A DNA stretch of 64,000 bases from Nitrospirales bacterium (GTDB lineage: Bacteria > Nitrospirota > Nitrospiria > Nitrospirales > UBA8639): assembly GCA_965223295.1 (NCBI GenBank), contig CBDCWC010000002.1, positions 416,001 to 480,000 on the forward strand, given 5' to 3'. Positions 21,620-31,397 of this stretch are shown piece by piece (the first letter of the stretch is position 1; each line of letters opens with the position of its first letter). The notes under the pieces are model-generated. The model made no database searches. It was not told the origin of the DNA and saw only the letters and a program-made list of their open reading frames with translations. The translations under genes and the position numbers were made by a program.

Positions 21620-22975
21620 ATGGTTGAGATTCCCGTAAAGCTATATGTCAAAGGTCTATTAACAAAAGCTAAGGCGGCAGCTCGTCCGATGGCCTGTTTA
21701 TCCAGTCAAAAGAAAAACCAAGCATTGCAAGCCATGGCGGAGTCATTGCTCGCTCACGAATCAGACATTCTAGAAGCAAATGAGCAGGACTTAGATGGTA
21801 TTCCCAAAGATGGAGAGCAGCAGGCTCATCGGCAAGCGCTTGAACGAATTCGTATAAGCGAAGATGACGTTCGCAGCATGGTGAAACTGCTTTTAGATTT
21901 TCTTGCTTATCCTGATCCGGTTGGAGAGATGAGTCAGGCCTGGATGACTCCTGATGGCATGCAGGTCCATACGGTCCGCTCTCCCATTGGGGTCTTGGGC
22001 CTTATTTCCGATATGGGACCTTTCATGACGGTCGAGTCTTTAGGCATGTGTGTGAAAACGAATAATGTGTGTATTTATAGAGGCGGGCCAGAATGGACTC
22101 ATACCAACCAGGCCTTAGTCAGTTGTCTGACTGCGGCTGCGGTGGAACAAGGTGTGCCAGATGGTGCACTTATTTTTATTGACCGTGGAGCGCCTGAGGC
22201 CGCCTTGGAAGTGGCGCGTCAGCCGCAGTATGTTCAGGCTGTGGTCCCACGCGGAAGGGCCAGTTTGCGAAATGGCATTGTCGAACAGGCTCGGGTGCCT
22301 GTGATCGGGTTTGATGGTGGGTTATGTCATGTGTATGTGGATCAGGATGCAGATATTCCTTTGGCACAGACGATCGTGGTCAATTCGAAAGTACAGGCGC
22401 CAATGGCCGCAAATGCCATGGATACAGTCCTTGTGCATCGAGATGTAGCTAGGTATCTGTTACCAGGGCTAACCCGTCGGTTGCTTCATGAATATCGGGT
22501 CGTACTGAATGGATGTCCCAAAACCGTTTCTATGTTGGGAGTGTTGGAGATGACTGGCCATTTAGGTATTAATAAGGCTGAAGAAGCCGACTGGAACAAG
22601 AAATTTCAGTCGTTAGTGATGAATATTAAAGTCGTGGCAGATCGCCAGGAAGCCTTGGAGCATATTGCGAAATATTCTCCAGGCCATACGGATTCCATTG
22701 TGACTCGTGATTATGACTTTGCCATGCAGTTTGCTCGTGAAGTTGATTCAAGTGCCGTACTCATTAACGCCTCCACTCGTCTTCATGGAGGAGAGCAGTT
22801 TGGGTTGGGGTCCGAGCTGGGCACGAACAGCCAACGTTTGCATGCCCGTGGCCCTTTAACACTCTCAAGGCTCACGACTGAAAAATATATGGTGTTGGGA
22901 ACGGGGCAATTGCAACAACCTCATCCGGTTCCACAGCCTTACGAAGACGCTATGATGTTATCTTCAAAGTTTTAG
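21620..22975 (+). CDS. Gamma-glutamyl phosphate reductase (ProA)-like protein lacking the catalytic Cys
   Basis: DPVGE, GLCHVYVD, HTDSIVT, NASTR, HARGP, but AANA where CNA is expected. RBS AGGAG precedes ATG 21620. Confidence 0.85.
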   Translation: MVEIPVKLYVKGLLTKAKAAARPMACLSSQKKNQALQAMAESLLAHESDILEANEQDLDGIPKDGEQQAHRQALERIRISEDDVRSMVKLLLDFLAYPDPVGEMSQAWMTPDGMQVHTVRSPIGVLGLISDMGPFMTVESLGMCVKTNNVCIYRGGPEWTHTNQALVSCLTAAAVEQGVPDGALIFIDRGAPEAALEVARQPQYVQAVVPRGRASLRNGIVEQARVPVIGFDGGLCHVYVDQDADIPLAQTIVVNSKVQAPMAANAMDTVLVHRDVARYLLPGLTRRLLHEYRVVLNGCPKTVSMLGVLEMTGHLGINKAEEADWNKKFQSLVMNIKVVADRQEALEHIAKYSPGHTDSIVTRDYDFAMQFAREVDSSAVLINASTRLHGGEQFGLGSELGTNSQRLHARGPLTLSRLTTEKYMVLGTGQLQQPHPVPQPYEDAMMLSSKF

Positions 22976-23086
22976 TCATCAATTAAAATAGAGTCTGCAA
23001 GGTTTTACTGTTTTGAGGGAATTGGAATGCTTGGTAAAACTGCTTGGATCGTTAATCCTCTTTCACTTACCTGTTTTGACGAATGA

Positions 23087-24577
23087 GTGATGGAAGAAAG
23101 GGGGATAACCGGCCAACTGTCAGATAGAGATCTTATTGATTATTTACATTCTTGGGGTCTACGAGAATTTGATGATGAACAAGCCTATTTTCAATGGCAA
23201 CGTCAGTCGTTGTCTCAACAAGATTTGCTGGAATTGCAGTCATTGGTTGAACAACGGCAGGGGGGGGCGAATGAACGAGCCGATATTCAATTCTATGATC
23301 TGTTAGCCAAGCCTACCGTTCTTCCTATTCTCTATTCTCAGCGTTTTAATTACTTTCAAAAAACTTGTTCTCTTATTTCTTCGAGGCTTCCCTCCAAAGG
23401 CCGTGTGTTGGACTTTGGCTGTGGGGTGGGAATTCTTACGTCATATTATGCCCGTCGGCACCCAGAACTTCAGTTTGTCGGTATTGATCGATCAGTTCGA
23501 TCAATTGAAATGGCACAATGCGAAGCTAAAAGACGGCAATTGAGAAATGTCTGCTATCGGGTGTTTCAGGATATCGGCTCGCATGATAAAGAAGTATTCG
23601 ACTGCATTCTGTCCACTCAAGCCTTATTCCAGTCTGAGCAAGAACCAGGCTTGCCTAGTAAGAATTGGGGAACGTTTGAGCGAGATATTGATCCTGCGCG
23701 GCAAGAAGCCCTTGAAATACAGACTGGCCTGAAAAAACGTTTAGAAGCCTTACTTGCTCTGCTGGCTCCTGCAGGGAAATTGATCTGTCTGGAGAAGACA
23801 TGGAACCTTGGACGTCGAATTTTTTTTCAGCGCGCTCTAAGGGGAAAAGACCTTGGTCCTTTGAGTGAGCCTGTTCCGTGTTCTTATCATGAGTTGGGTG
23901 AGATGAATATTGATGGCCCTTTGTTTGAAGTGTCTCGGGCCTCTGCGAATGAACCTATGATCTGGCATGAAAATCCGTTTCACCGAGATGGAGAAACATT
24001 GTATCAATGTGTTGGTGGGCGTGCTGAACAAATGGCCATGTCTTTGGGTACGACGGAAAATCAGGAGATGTTTGAAGGGCAACATCCTCATTGGGGCGCA
24101 TGGACTTTTCAATTTGGTGTGTGGGAGCAGGTATTAGCTTGGAGTTTCTGTAAGACCGCATCGGGTTTTCGAGGGCTCATGCTTGGCAGTTGGCAGGAGA
24201 AGGATCTCTTGTTTCAATTGACTCAACAAGTGAAGAATCTTAATGATGGGGAATTTAATGATTTACTTCAAGATTGTTGGGGGTCTCCTCGTAATATGAC
24301 TCGGCAGGAGGCCTCTCCAGGTTACGAAAATCATTTTGCTTCTGCGCAGAATATTTATGAACGGCTGCCTCAAAAAGTAATTCTCCAAGAACAAACCTTT
24401 GCTGACGGGCAGGGAAAAGAAATGCATTTGGAAGTTGGAACAACCCAATCTTTGATCTATTTCTATTGGGCCAATACCTTTGATCAGCGCCAATTGGTTC
24501 TTATGGATGAAGCAGGGAGGCACATGCTCAATGAATATTATCAAGAATCTCTTCAAGATGCGCAACGTGCATCTTAA
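23087..24577 (+). CDS. Class I SAM-dependent methyltransferase domain protein with an unknown C-terminal extension
   Basis: RVLDFGCGVG, FVGIDRS, FDCI. Confidence 0.75.
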   Translation: MMEERGITGQLSDRDLIDYLHSWGLREFDDEQAYFQWQRQSLSQQDLLELQSLVEQRQGGANERADIQFYDLLAKPTVLPILYSQRFNYFQKTCSLISSRLPSKGRVLDFGCGVGILTSYYARRHPELQFVGIDRSVRSIEMAQCEAKRRQLRNVCYRVFQDIGSHDKEVFDCILSTQALFQSEQEPGLPSKNWGTFERDIDPARQEALEIQTGLKKRLEALLALLAPAGKLICLEKTWNLGRRIFFQRALRGKDLGPLSEPVPCSYHELGEMNIDGPLFEVSRASANEPMIWHENPFHRDGETLYQCVGGRAEQMAMSLGTTENQEMFEGQHPHWGAWTFQFGVWEQVLAWSFCKTASGFRGLMLGSWQEKDLLFQLTQQVKNLNDGEFNDLLQDCWGSPRNMTRQEASPGYENHFASAQNIYERLPQKVILQEQTFADGQGKEMHLEVGTTQSLIYFYWANTFDQRQLVLMDEAGRHMLNEYYQESLQDAQRAS

Positions 24578-24616
24578 GAAATCCTTCCAGTTGTATGAGC
24601 GATGAAAATTCTTTGG

Positions 24617-24937
24617 TTATTGGGAGAAGAAAAACTGAAACGGCCGATGTAGAGAGGCAGCATAACAGGCTATTGTGTTGTACGTTTGTTGTTGTCTTTC
24701 AATGGAAAAATTTCTCCATTTCGTTGGTAGGCCGATAGTCAAGATTCTTCCATTATCGTGAATCCCGCTTACGGTCCCCCTCTCTAAGTACCTTAATAAT
24801 TGTTCCCCTTCAGATTTGTCTGATGTACAAGTGTGGCCAGATGACGCTGTGACAGTCGAAGGCTGCTGGGGGTATTTGATTGAGATAGTCCCCGACCAGA
24901 GAAATAGGCCTATGGCAAAAATAATGATGTATCGCAT
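24617..24937 (-). CDS. Small hypothetical exported protein
   Basis: Signal-like N-terminus, AGGAGA RBS, two Cys. Confidence 0.6.
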   Translation of the reverse strand: MRYIIIFAIGLFLWSGTISIKYPQQPSTVTASSGHTCTSDKSEGEQLLRYLERGTVSGIHDNGRILTIGLPTKWRNFSIERQQQTYNTIACYAASLHRPFQFFFSQ

Positions 24938-25327
24938 AAAGTCTCCTGGAATATGGACAAAGTGTGGCGGAGACGGTGAAGATGGGTAAATACCCCGAAT
25001 GGAGTGTAGAAAAAATCAATGAATACAGAGGGTTAGACTTGTTATTGCGTATCAAGGAGAATGGAGAGAGAGCTTTGTCGAATGTAGGTGAAATGCTTCA
25101 AGAGCATTCGCGTATCACGACTTAAGAAATATTAAGAAAGCAACAGAAATTTCCGACAAATGAAACACTACTATCAGTGGTTTTCAGGACGAATTTTTGT
25201 TGTTTTTCAATCTGATGAGGTGTTCTTGTCATAACAGACAGGCTGCAATGTTAAAGCCCTGTCAGAAGCCTGAGTGAAATGGGAAATTTCAAGCGGGATA
25301 TTAGGAACAAGAGTCGAAAGAGTAGAA

Positions 25328-26293
25328 ATGGTAAATGAACCAACCGCATTCTGGGTATTGATTGGTACCTGTTGTTTGCATTGGGCAACAGTCCTCGTGT
25401 TAATTCGTCGAGTGCGAGAAACGGAAAAGCCCTTTGCCTGGAATCTTCTAGGTTTGGCCGTGAGCGTGCTAGCGATGCAACAGACCTATGGGCTCTATCT
25501 GCAAATTACTGAAGTTAATCCGCCTCTGTTAAGCATATTGGGGGAGATGTTGGGGTTGTTGGTGGCAGGTTTGATGTTAGGAGGTATTGTCATGTTAGCC
25601 CCTATCTTGAAAATCCTTCAACGAAATAAGGAATTGTTAGAAGTCATTGATGAGCGCAATCTTGCGATTTGCCAATTTCATGAACGGATTGCCGGAACGC
25701 TACGACAGGTTCAAATGGCTATGGAAGTTGGAAAGCCTACGAGTCACACCATTGAGCAAGTATCAGAGATGTCGACAATGGTGCATGTGTTTCTAGAGGA
25801 TCTTAAAGCTGGTGTGTTACTGGGCAACAAATTTGAAATTGCGCTGAAAACGCTTGTTGACGATCTGAGTAAACAAGGACCGTTCCCAATCTCCGTGTAC
25901 GTTGATCCTCTAGTGGAAGATTTGCTGTCCTATGATCAGGGTGCAGAGTTGCTGCATATGTTGCGGGAAGCGATTCACAACAGTGTGCAACATTCCGGGG
26001 CGAAAAAAGGGAAAGTGTCTGTTAAAGTTTCAGACTCATTGATCGTGTTGGAGGTTTCTGACAATGGAAAAGGGTTTGAATTTGATCTTGTCGAGGCCCA
26101 AGAGCATGGCCTTGGGAATATGGCCCTACGTGCAAAAGAAATTGGAGCCCGTCTCAAGGTTCAAAGCCAACCCAATAAAGGGACCACAATTCTAATTGAG
26201 TTGCCACGAAACAAGCAGTCAGCGAATAGCAACTTTATAGCTTCCTCAGGTGATTCTTCCAGAGAAGTTGCGGAAAAAGTCTCTGTCACGTAA
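25328..26293 (+). CDS. Membrane sensor histidine kinase (NarX/HisKA_3-like), with no adjacent response regulator
   Basis: Three TM segments; N-box REAIHN..QHS, G1 SDNGKGF, G2 HGLGNM..RA, GTTI. Confidence 0.8.
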   Translation: MVNEPTAFWVLIGTCCLHWATVLVLIRRVRETEKPFAWNLLGLAVSVLAMQQTYGLYLQITEVNPPLLSILGEMLGLLVAGLMLGGIVMLAPILKILQRNKELLEVIDERNLAICQFHERIAGTLRQVQMAMEVGKPTSHTIEQVSEMSTMVHVFLEDLKAGVLLGNKFEIALKTLVDDLSKQGPFPISVYVDPLVEDLLSYDQGAELLHMLREAIHNSVQHSGAKKGKVSVKVSDSLIVLEVSDNGKGFEFDLVEAQEHGLGNMALRAKEIGARLKVQSQPNKGTTILIELPRNKQSANSNFIASSGDSSREVAEKVSVT

Positions 26294-26425
26294 GGAGCTT
26301 TTTTTGGAAACGGAAATTATTCCTTTCGATACCTCTTTTTGCTATGGGCCGTTTCTGGCATGAAGCAAAGTCTAAAAGACTCAGGATTAATTAATCAATG
26401 AGAATGATAGAGGTTAGGGGAAAAG

Positions 26426-26501
26426 TGGTGGCGGTGGAGGGTCTCGAACCCCCGGCCCGCGGCTTATGAGTCCGCTGCTCTACCACCTGAGCTACACCGC
26501 C
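26426..26501 (-). tRNA. tRNA-Met (CAT), probably elongator
   Basis: GGCGGTGTAGCTCAGGTGGTAGAGCAGCGGACTCATAAGCCGCGGGCCGGGGGTTCGAGACCCTCCACCGCCACCA; 76 nt, encoded CCA, paired G1-C72, G2/C3 acceptor stem. Confidence 0.92.
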
Positions 26502-26645
26502 ATTTACTGAGACAAACGAAGATGTTGACCTTATTGTCACGAATAGAAGAAGAAACCTATACCATAGGTCGTGAAGCTCCCACAATTCCTTTTCTTGAAA
26601 CTGTGAGTTTTCTTTCATTATTTTTTAACCTTAAGTACTGATTAA

Positions 26646-27896
26646 TTGATTATGACTGATACTGCTGAGGCACTTCCGAAACAATCGGTGTTGGTTGGCC
26701 GGCAGGCCATATTTGATCGTCATGGAGAGGTTTTTGGATACGAGCTGCTCTATCGGGATGGGACTGGGAATAGTGCCAATATCATGGATGGAGATGAGGC
26801 CACAGCCCGAGTGATGGTGAACACCTTTTTAGAATTAGGTCTTGATCAGATTGCGGGAGATGCGCTGGCCTTTATCAATCTGACGGCAAATTCTTTCATG
26901 GGCAAGCATTATGAAATTCTTCCTTCAAAAAATGTGGTGTTGGAAGTCTTAGAAACGATTGACCCAACGCCGTCTGTATTAGAGGCACTTCAAGAAGCCA
27001 AGCAAAGTGGCTATTACATTGCCTTAGATGATTTTGTCTTGAGGGAATCTCATCGTCCTCTTTTACAGCATGCGGATTTTGTCAAAGTTGATGTGTTGGC
27101 GTTGACTGAAGCCGAACTTCATGAACAGGTGCAAATGTTTCAGGAATATTCGATTCAGTTGTTGGCTGAAAAAGTCGAGGATTTGGCGATGCATACTCAA
27201 TGCTTGGCTTTGGGGTTCGAGTACTTTCAGGGATATTATTTTTGTAAACCGCAAATCATGGAAGGCGTGAGTCTTTTGGGCAATCGGATGGCGATTGTCT
27301 TGCTTCTTGCGAAGCTTCAAGATCCTTCCCTGGAAATTGAAGAACTTGAAAGTTTAGTCAAAAATGATGTAGCGCTGAGTGTCAAGCTCCTGCGATATGT
27401 CAACTCTGCGTCAGTTGGTTTGCCCCGATCGGTCGATTCAATTTCTCAAGCTATTGGTTTAGTTGGGACAGATCGCATGCGGCAATGGGCTTCCCTGCTC
27501 GTGTTATCCCAGATGGGAGACAAGCCTACAGAGCTTATGCGAGTGGCCCTGATAAGAGCGCATATGTGTGAAGCCTTGTGCCCTCTTTTTGGAGTGTCTT
27601 CAGGCCAGGGATTTACGGTAGGAATGTTTTCGATCTTAGATGCCTATTTGGATTGTGAAATGAAACAGCTTTTGGCAGATCTTCCGCTTGCAGAGGAGAT
27701 TCTCGATGCGTTGTTGAAGGAAGAGGGTCAGTTAGGGGAAATATTAAGAGGTGTTCTGGCCTATGAACGTGGAGAATGGGACCAACAAACTATTGGGGTT
27801 GTTGAGCTAAGCATATTGAAATCTCTCTACTGGCAAAGTATTGAATGGGCTAATGGCATCATGGCGACGATTAAACCAGAGAAGAAAGGTTCCTAG
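26646..27896 (+). CDS. EAL + HDOD domain protein (YuxH/PdeH-like c-di-GMP phosphodiesterase)
   Basis: GRQAIF, GYELLYR, IALDDF, LLAEKVE, FQGYYFCKP, followed by HDOD (LLRYVNS). Confidence 0.88.
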   Translation: MIMTDTAEALPKQSVLVGRQAIFDRHGEVFGYELLYRDGTGNSANIMDGDEATARVMVNTFLELGLDQIAGDALAFINLTANSFMGKHYEILPSKNVVLEVLETIDPTPSVLEALQEAKQSGYYIALDDFVLRESHRPLLQHADFVKVDVLALTEAELHEQVQMFQEYSIQLLAEKVEDLAMHTQCLALGFEYFQGYYFCKPQIMEGVSLLGNRMAIVLLLAKLQDPSLEIEELESLVKNDVALSVKLLRYVNSASVGLPRSVDSISQAIGLVGTDRMRQWASLLVLSQMGDKPTELMRVALIRAHMCEALCPLFGVSSGQGFTVGMFSILDAYLDCEMKQLLADLPLAEEILDALLKEEGQLGEILRGVLAYERGEWDQQTIGVVELSILKSLYWQSIEWANGIMATIKPEKKGS

Positions 27897-27908
27897 TGTC
27901 GCTTGGAC

Positions 27909-29075
27909 TTAGGTTCTCCGTTTATCGTCCTGCTCTCCGATAAAGGAATGAAGAACACCTAAGCCCTGTTCGCCAAGTTCCACAGGTTTTTCTTCCTCTT
28001 CTGTTGCAATTTGATCATCAGGTAGTTTGGGGGTGATCTTGGCCTTAATTTCGTCTTCCAGGGCCTCGTCAGAAAGGTCCATATCATTTAAGAGCGCATG
28101 TAAACGCTGGAAAGCCAGGATGGAGCGTGCGTGAGAAGCCCACGAACCTGAAAACTCCGTATCATTGACTTTGGTAATGCTAGTCCAGAACTTAGATTCT
28201 TCAGGTTCAGACATGGTGCCATCCACAAAGGCTTGCAATTTGTTCAATAAGGTTTCTTCGGTCTTTTCGAATCCATCATACTCGACAAGGGATCGTTCGA
28301 TAGGCCGTTGAGCCAGAACGGTAAATGTTTCTCGCCAAATATCTAAGGGTTGAGTCGTGCCATTTTCAGAAGAAGAGGGATCTTGTTGTTTCTGCAGAAT
28401 TGTCAGGAATTGTTCTAGGGCCTTCACTTTCCTGGCCGCTAAACTGCCTAGCGGGATTCCCCAGACATGGGCAATTTCATGATCTTTCATCGGTGCTGTG
28501 CCCGCCGTCACAAATTCTTGTTGTGACATTTTAAGGCGGCGACGAAAGATTGCCCGTCTTCGTAACAAGGCTTGAAATTCTAGCAAGAGTCGCTGAGTTT
28601 GATAATCTTTTTGAGTAAGCTCCTCTCGTTCCCAGGCTCGATCTAATTTGCGCAGTTCCTGCCGAAGTAGAACAGAGGGTGCTTGGTTTTTTGTCGTTTT
28701 TAGCATTTCTTGGTCAGTGTGAAAGTCTTCGCGAAGCAAGCGTTCAGCCATTGCAATCTTTCGATCGATGAGTGCAAGTGCTTGTTTGAGAAATTCTACA
28801 TGCATGCCTGGCCGTTCGCGCTTTTGGCGATAATAGCTTTTATATTGATTTGAACGGGAAGCCACGTTCTGTACAGCTTCCAAAGAAATCGTTTTCCCTG
28901 TTGGCTGTGTCCCAGATAAAAAGCGGGAATCAGGTTGGTCTGTGGCCATATAATCAATTTGGTCTTGGGTCATGTCCATATATTGTAATAAGAGCAGCTG
29001 TATCATGGTCTGATTCTGAAGAGGAAGGGCCTTCAGAGCCGATTCGATGTGTTCATACTGCAGGGTTGATGTCAT
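27909..29075 (-). CDS. Hypothetical helical protein with sigma region 4-like segments
   Basis: 388-aa ORF; see findings. Confidence 0.7.
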   Translation of the reverse strand: MTSTLQYEHIESALKALPLQNQTMIQLLLLQYMDMTQDQIDYMATDQPDSRFLSGTQPTGKTISLEAVQNVASRSNQYKSYYRQKRERPGMHVEFLKQALALIDRKIAMAERLLREDFHTDQEMLKTTKNQAPSVLLRQELRKLDRAWEREELTQKDYQTQRLLLEFQALLRRRAIFRRRLKMSQQEFVTAGTAPMKDHEIAHVWGIPLGSLAARKVKALEQFLTILQKQQDPSSSENGTTQPLDIWRETFTVLAQRPIERSLVEYDGFEKTEETLLNKLQAFVDGTMSEPEESKFWTSITKVNDTEFSGSWASHARSILAFQRLHALLNDMDLSDEALEDEIKAKITPKLPDDQIATEEEEKPVELGEQGLGVLHSFIGEQDDKRRT

Positions 29076-29104
29076 AACTGTTCCTGTTTTGATTAGACTG
29101 TGAG

Positions 29105-29338
29105 TTATCCTGAGCTGGCCTCATTCATAGATTCGAGATAGGTGGCGGCGTATTCACGGAGTTGTTGGACCGTTCCGCTGGCATAGAGCTCTCGAGGTAT
29201 AGGAACTTTTACGAGCTTGGAGACATCGGCTCCTCGTTCAGCCGCCCAATCTTCATCAACATACAAAGTAACTGCCCCGTCTTGTTCTCGGCGAACAAAT
29301 AAAATATTCTGTTCTTCTTCTTCCATCGTAATCCTCAA
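29105..29338 (-). CDS. Small acidic hypothetical protein
   Basis: Co-directional with the 388-aa gene, 29-nt gap; likely start MEEEEQ. Confidence 0.65.
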   Translation of the reverse strand: MRITMEEEEQNILFVRREQDGAVTLYVDEDWAAERGADVSKLVKVPIPRELYASGTVQQLREYAATYLESMNEASSG

Positions 29339-29502
29339 AAACTAGTAATAAATCATAGAGTTGTGATAGCACAGCCGTCAAATCGCTGTCAAAAGATGAG
29401 GTGCAAATGACTAGGCTGGCGCATTTTTGACAATACTCTAAAATGGGAACTATCTGGAATGATTGAACCTTTCCATACCGTTAGTAAGAGAAAAATACTG
29501 GC

Positions 29503-29540
29503 AAAAAAATGCACTGGCTAAGAATACCCTTGCCAGTGCA
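29503..29540 (-). terminator. Intrinsic terminator downstream of the chdC-like gene
   Basis: TGCACTGGC/GCCAGTGCA stem followed by a T-run on the minus strand. Confidence 0.6.
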
Positions 29541-29592
29541 CAACCTTTAAGGAATACTTGATGTTGTTAAGCCGTTGGGGCCAACCAAAGGT

Positions 29593-30300
29593 TTACCCTC
29601 CTAAGGTCTCCACGACTTCCTTCATGCTCTTCATGATACAGGTAAAAATTGGGATGTCTCGTTTCACGTACCGGCTGCCTTCGGAGCCTCGTAATTCCAT
29701 AACGAGGTCTAGGAAATCTTGGGGAGAGTCGGTTTCAAAAGCCACCACAAATTCCTGATCATCCAACCCAAAAGAGTAGGTGGTGTTGAGTTTGACGGAT
29801 GGGTATTTATGCCCGATTTCAATATGTTCATCCATCATGCCTTGCCGGGCGGCTTTGGTGAGTAGGTACCATTCGCGGGTTTTTTCAAATGGATAGACAA
29901 ATATATACTTCGCTCGGCCTGGAGAAATTTTTAAACGGCGGCTTTCTTGCCCTTCATGTACGTGATTGTCGACATAAATAGACCGCTTTGTCATGGACAA
30001 ATAAGAATAAGGGGTGGACAAATATTGTCCCAAGCCAGTAGCTAAGAGCTTTGAGCTCATTTCTTGGAACATTTCTAAATCATAGGTGATTCGCCACAAC
30101 ATGAAGTCGCAATCGCCACGAATCCCTGTGGTGGTATAAGGGACCACAATGACTTTGCCTGTGTATTCCTCTGCAGCTCGGATAAACTCTTGTTTTCCTC
30201 TGTCCCGTTCTTCTTTAGGAAGGCGGCGCCATAAGGGGTCGACTTTATAGAAACTAAAATTGACAAATTGTTGTTTGCCAGCCTGTTCGGCACCAGCCAT
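29593..30300 (-). CDS. Chlorite dismutase-family protein, probably coproheme decarboxylase (ChdC/HemQ)
   Basis: YPFEK (Tyr/Lys), REWY, proximal His in DEH, Leu rather than Arg at the distal site, SFGLDDQEF. Confidence 0.75.
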   Translation of the reverse strand: MAGAEQAGKQQFVNFSFYKVDPLWRRLPKEERDRGKQEFIRAAEEYTGKVIVVPYTTTGIRGDCDFMLWRITYDLEMFQEMSSKLLATGLGQYLSTPYSYLSMTKRSIYVDNHVHEGQESRRLKISPGRAKYIFVYPFEKTREWYLLTKAARQGMMDEHIEIGHKYPSVKLNTTYSFGLDDQEFVVAFETDSPQDFLDLVMELRGSEGSRYVKRDIPIFTCIMKSMKEVVETLGG

Positions 30301-30548
30301 AATACGACCTCCCCTGGAAAGAAAAACCTATGTATTTCTAATGATTTAAAACTAAAACTGGAAGTACTACCATCGAGACTCTAATCTTGTCAATCGGCAC
30401 GGACTTCAAAGTCCAAGTTGCGTCGTGTGTTGCCAATAACTTACGGAAAAAAGGTTTATAGAATTTGAAAAAATAAGTAATATACGTAAATAAATACACG
30501 AATAAAAATATTAAAAATGTAGAAATTTTCTGATTGAAAATTAAAGTG

Positions 30549-31353
30549 ATGCTTGCATTGCAGGAAAGGCTCATAGGCCTGAGTCTAAGTCTAAGTGTTC
30601 CCCTCATTCTTTGTGGAGCCCTGGATGCGGAGGCCCTCCTCAAAAATCTCACATCCAAACAAGTGCAGGAAGCCTTAAAAAGAGGAGCAGATTTTGCTGA
30701 ACAACGCCGACCTCCCAATGAGCTGTACTGGCATTTTGGATCGACTGAAAAATTTGCGCCCTACGGTTTTATGGTCACGAAAGTCAGCGGGCTTGCCGTG
30801 ATGTCCTGTCACTATGCCTTACGTGGGGAACGACCCACCGATCAAGATATTCAACGAATCTTAGAAGAAGACATGTTGCAGGTGGTGGTCATCATCTTTG
30901 GAGATTCCTTCAGCTTTGCGCGAGAGAGTTACCTGCTCTTTCAGCAGAATGGTCAGATGGTGGGAGTGTTGAATAATGAAGATAGCAAAGGCCATATTTC
31001 GTTAGGAAGCCGTTGACGATCAACAGCGTCAGGTCTGTTCAAAACAGTCCGACCAGCAAGGCCGCAGCCATTTTTTCGCGCGGAGCGTACTGGCACTACG
31101 TGAGCACGGAAAAAGGGCGAGAACGTCGCTGGCGGCTTTTTTCAACAGACCCATGGTCAAACCGACTTGCATTCGATTTAATGTGCGAGCGCAAGCCATG
31201 GGACAACACCATGGGGTAATGGTTTACCGCGCAAAAATTGTGGGTTTATTTTCGTATGATACATTTGATTCTGAGGCGCAGAGTACGCTTTTGGTTTTTC
31301 CAGGAACGGGCGGGGAGATACGTTTTGATCTAGACTTGTTAGCGATTCCCTAA
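30549..31353 (+). pseudogene. Hypothetical exported protein interrupted by a MITE
   Basis: Removing 30962-31152 plus one ATGGT joins ...QQNGQMV to KPTCIRF...LAIP* in frame (~202 aa). Confidence 0.8.
30962..31152 (+). mobile_element. 191-bp MITE, copy 1
   Basis: TIRs GGGAGTGTTGAA / TTCAACAGACCC; 5-bp target duplication ATGGT (30957-30961, 31153-31157); homologous to 51820-52010. Confidence 0.9.
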
Positions 31354-31397
31354 ATTTATTTAGTTCCAAACTTTATTTAAGATGGAGTGGTCCTGCG

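Noticed and set aside
26426-26501. tRNA-Ile2 or initiator tRNA; island integration at this tRNA
   Set aside because: Paired 1-72 and the GGCGG acceptor stem favour elongator Met; no integrase or duplicated 3' end seen.
31013-31219. ORFs 31013-31219, 51552-51962 and 51814-51996 as genes
   Set aside because: Their shared peptide (SKA.AIF.RGAYW.YVSTEK) is a translation of the MITE.
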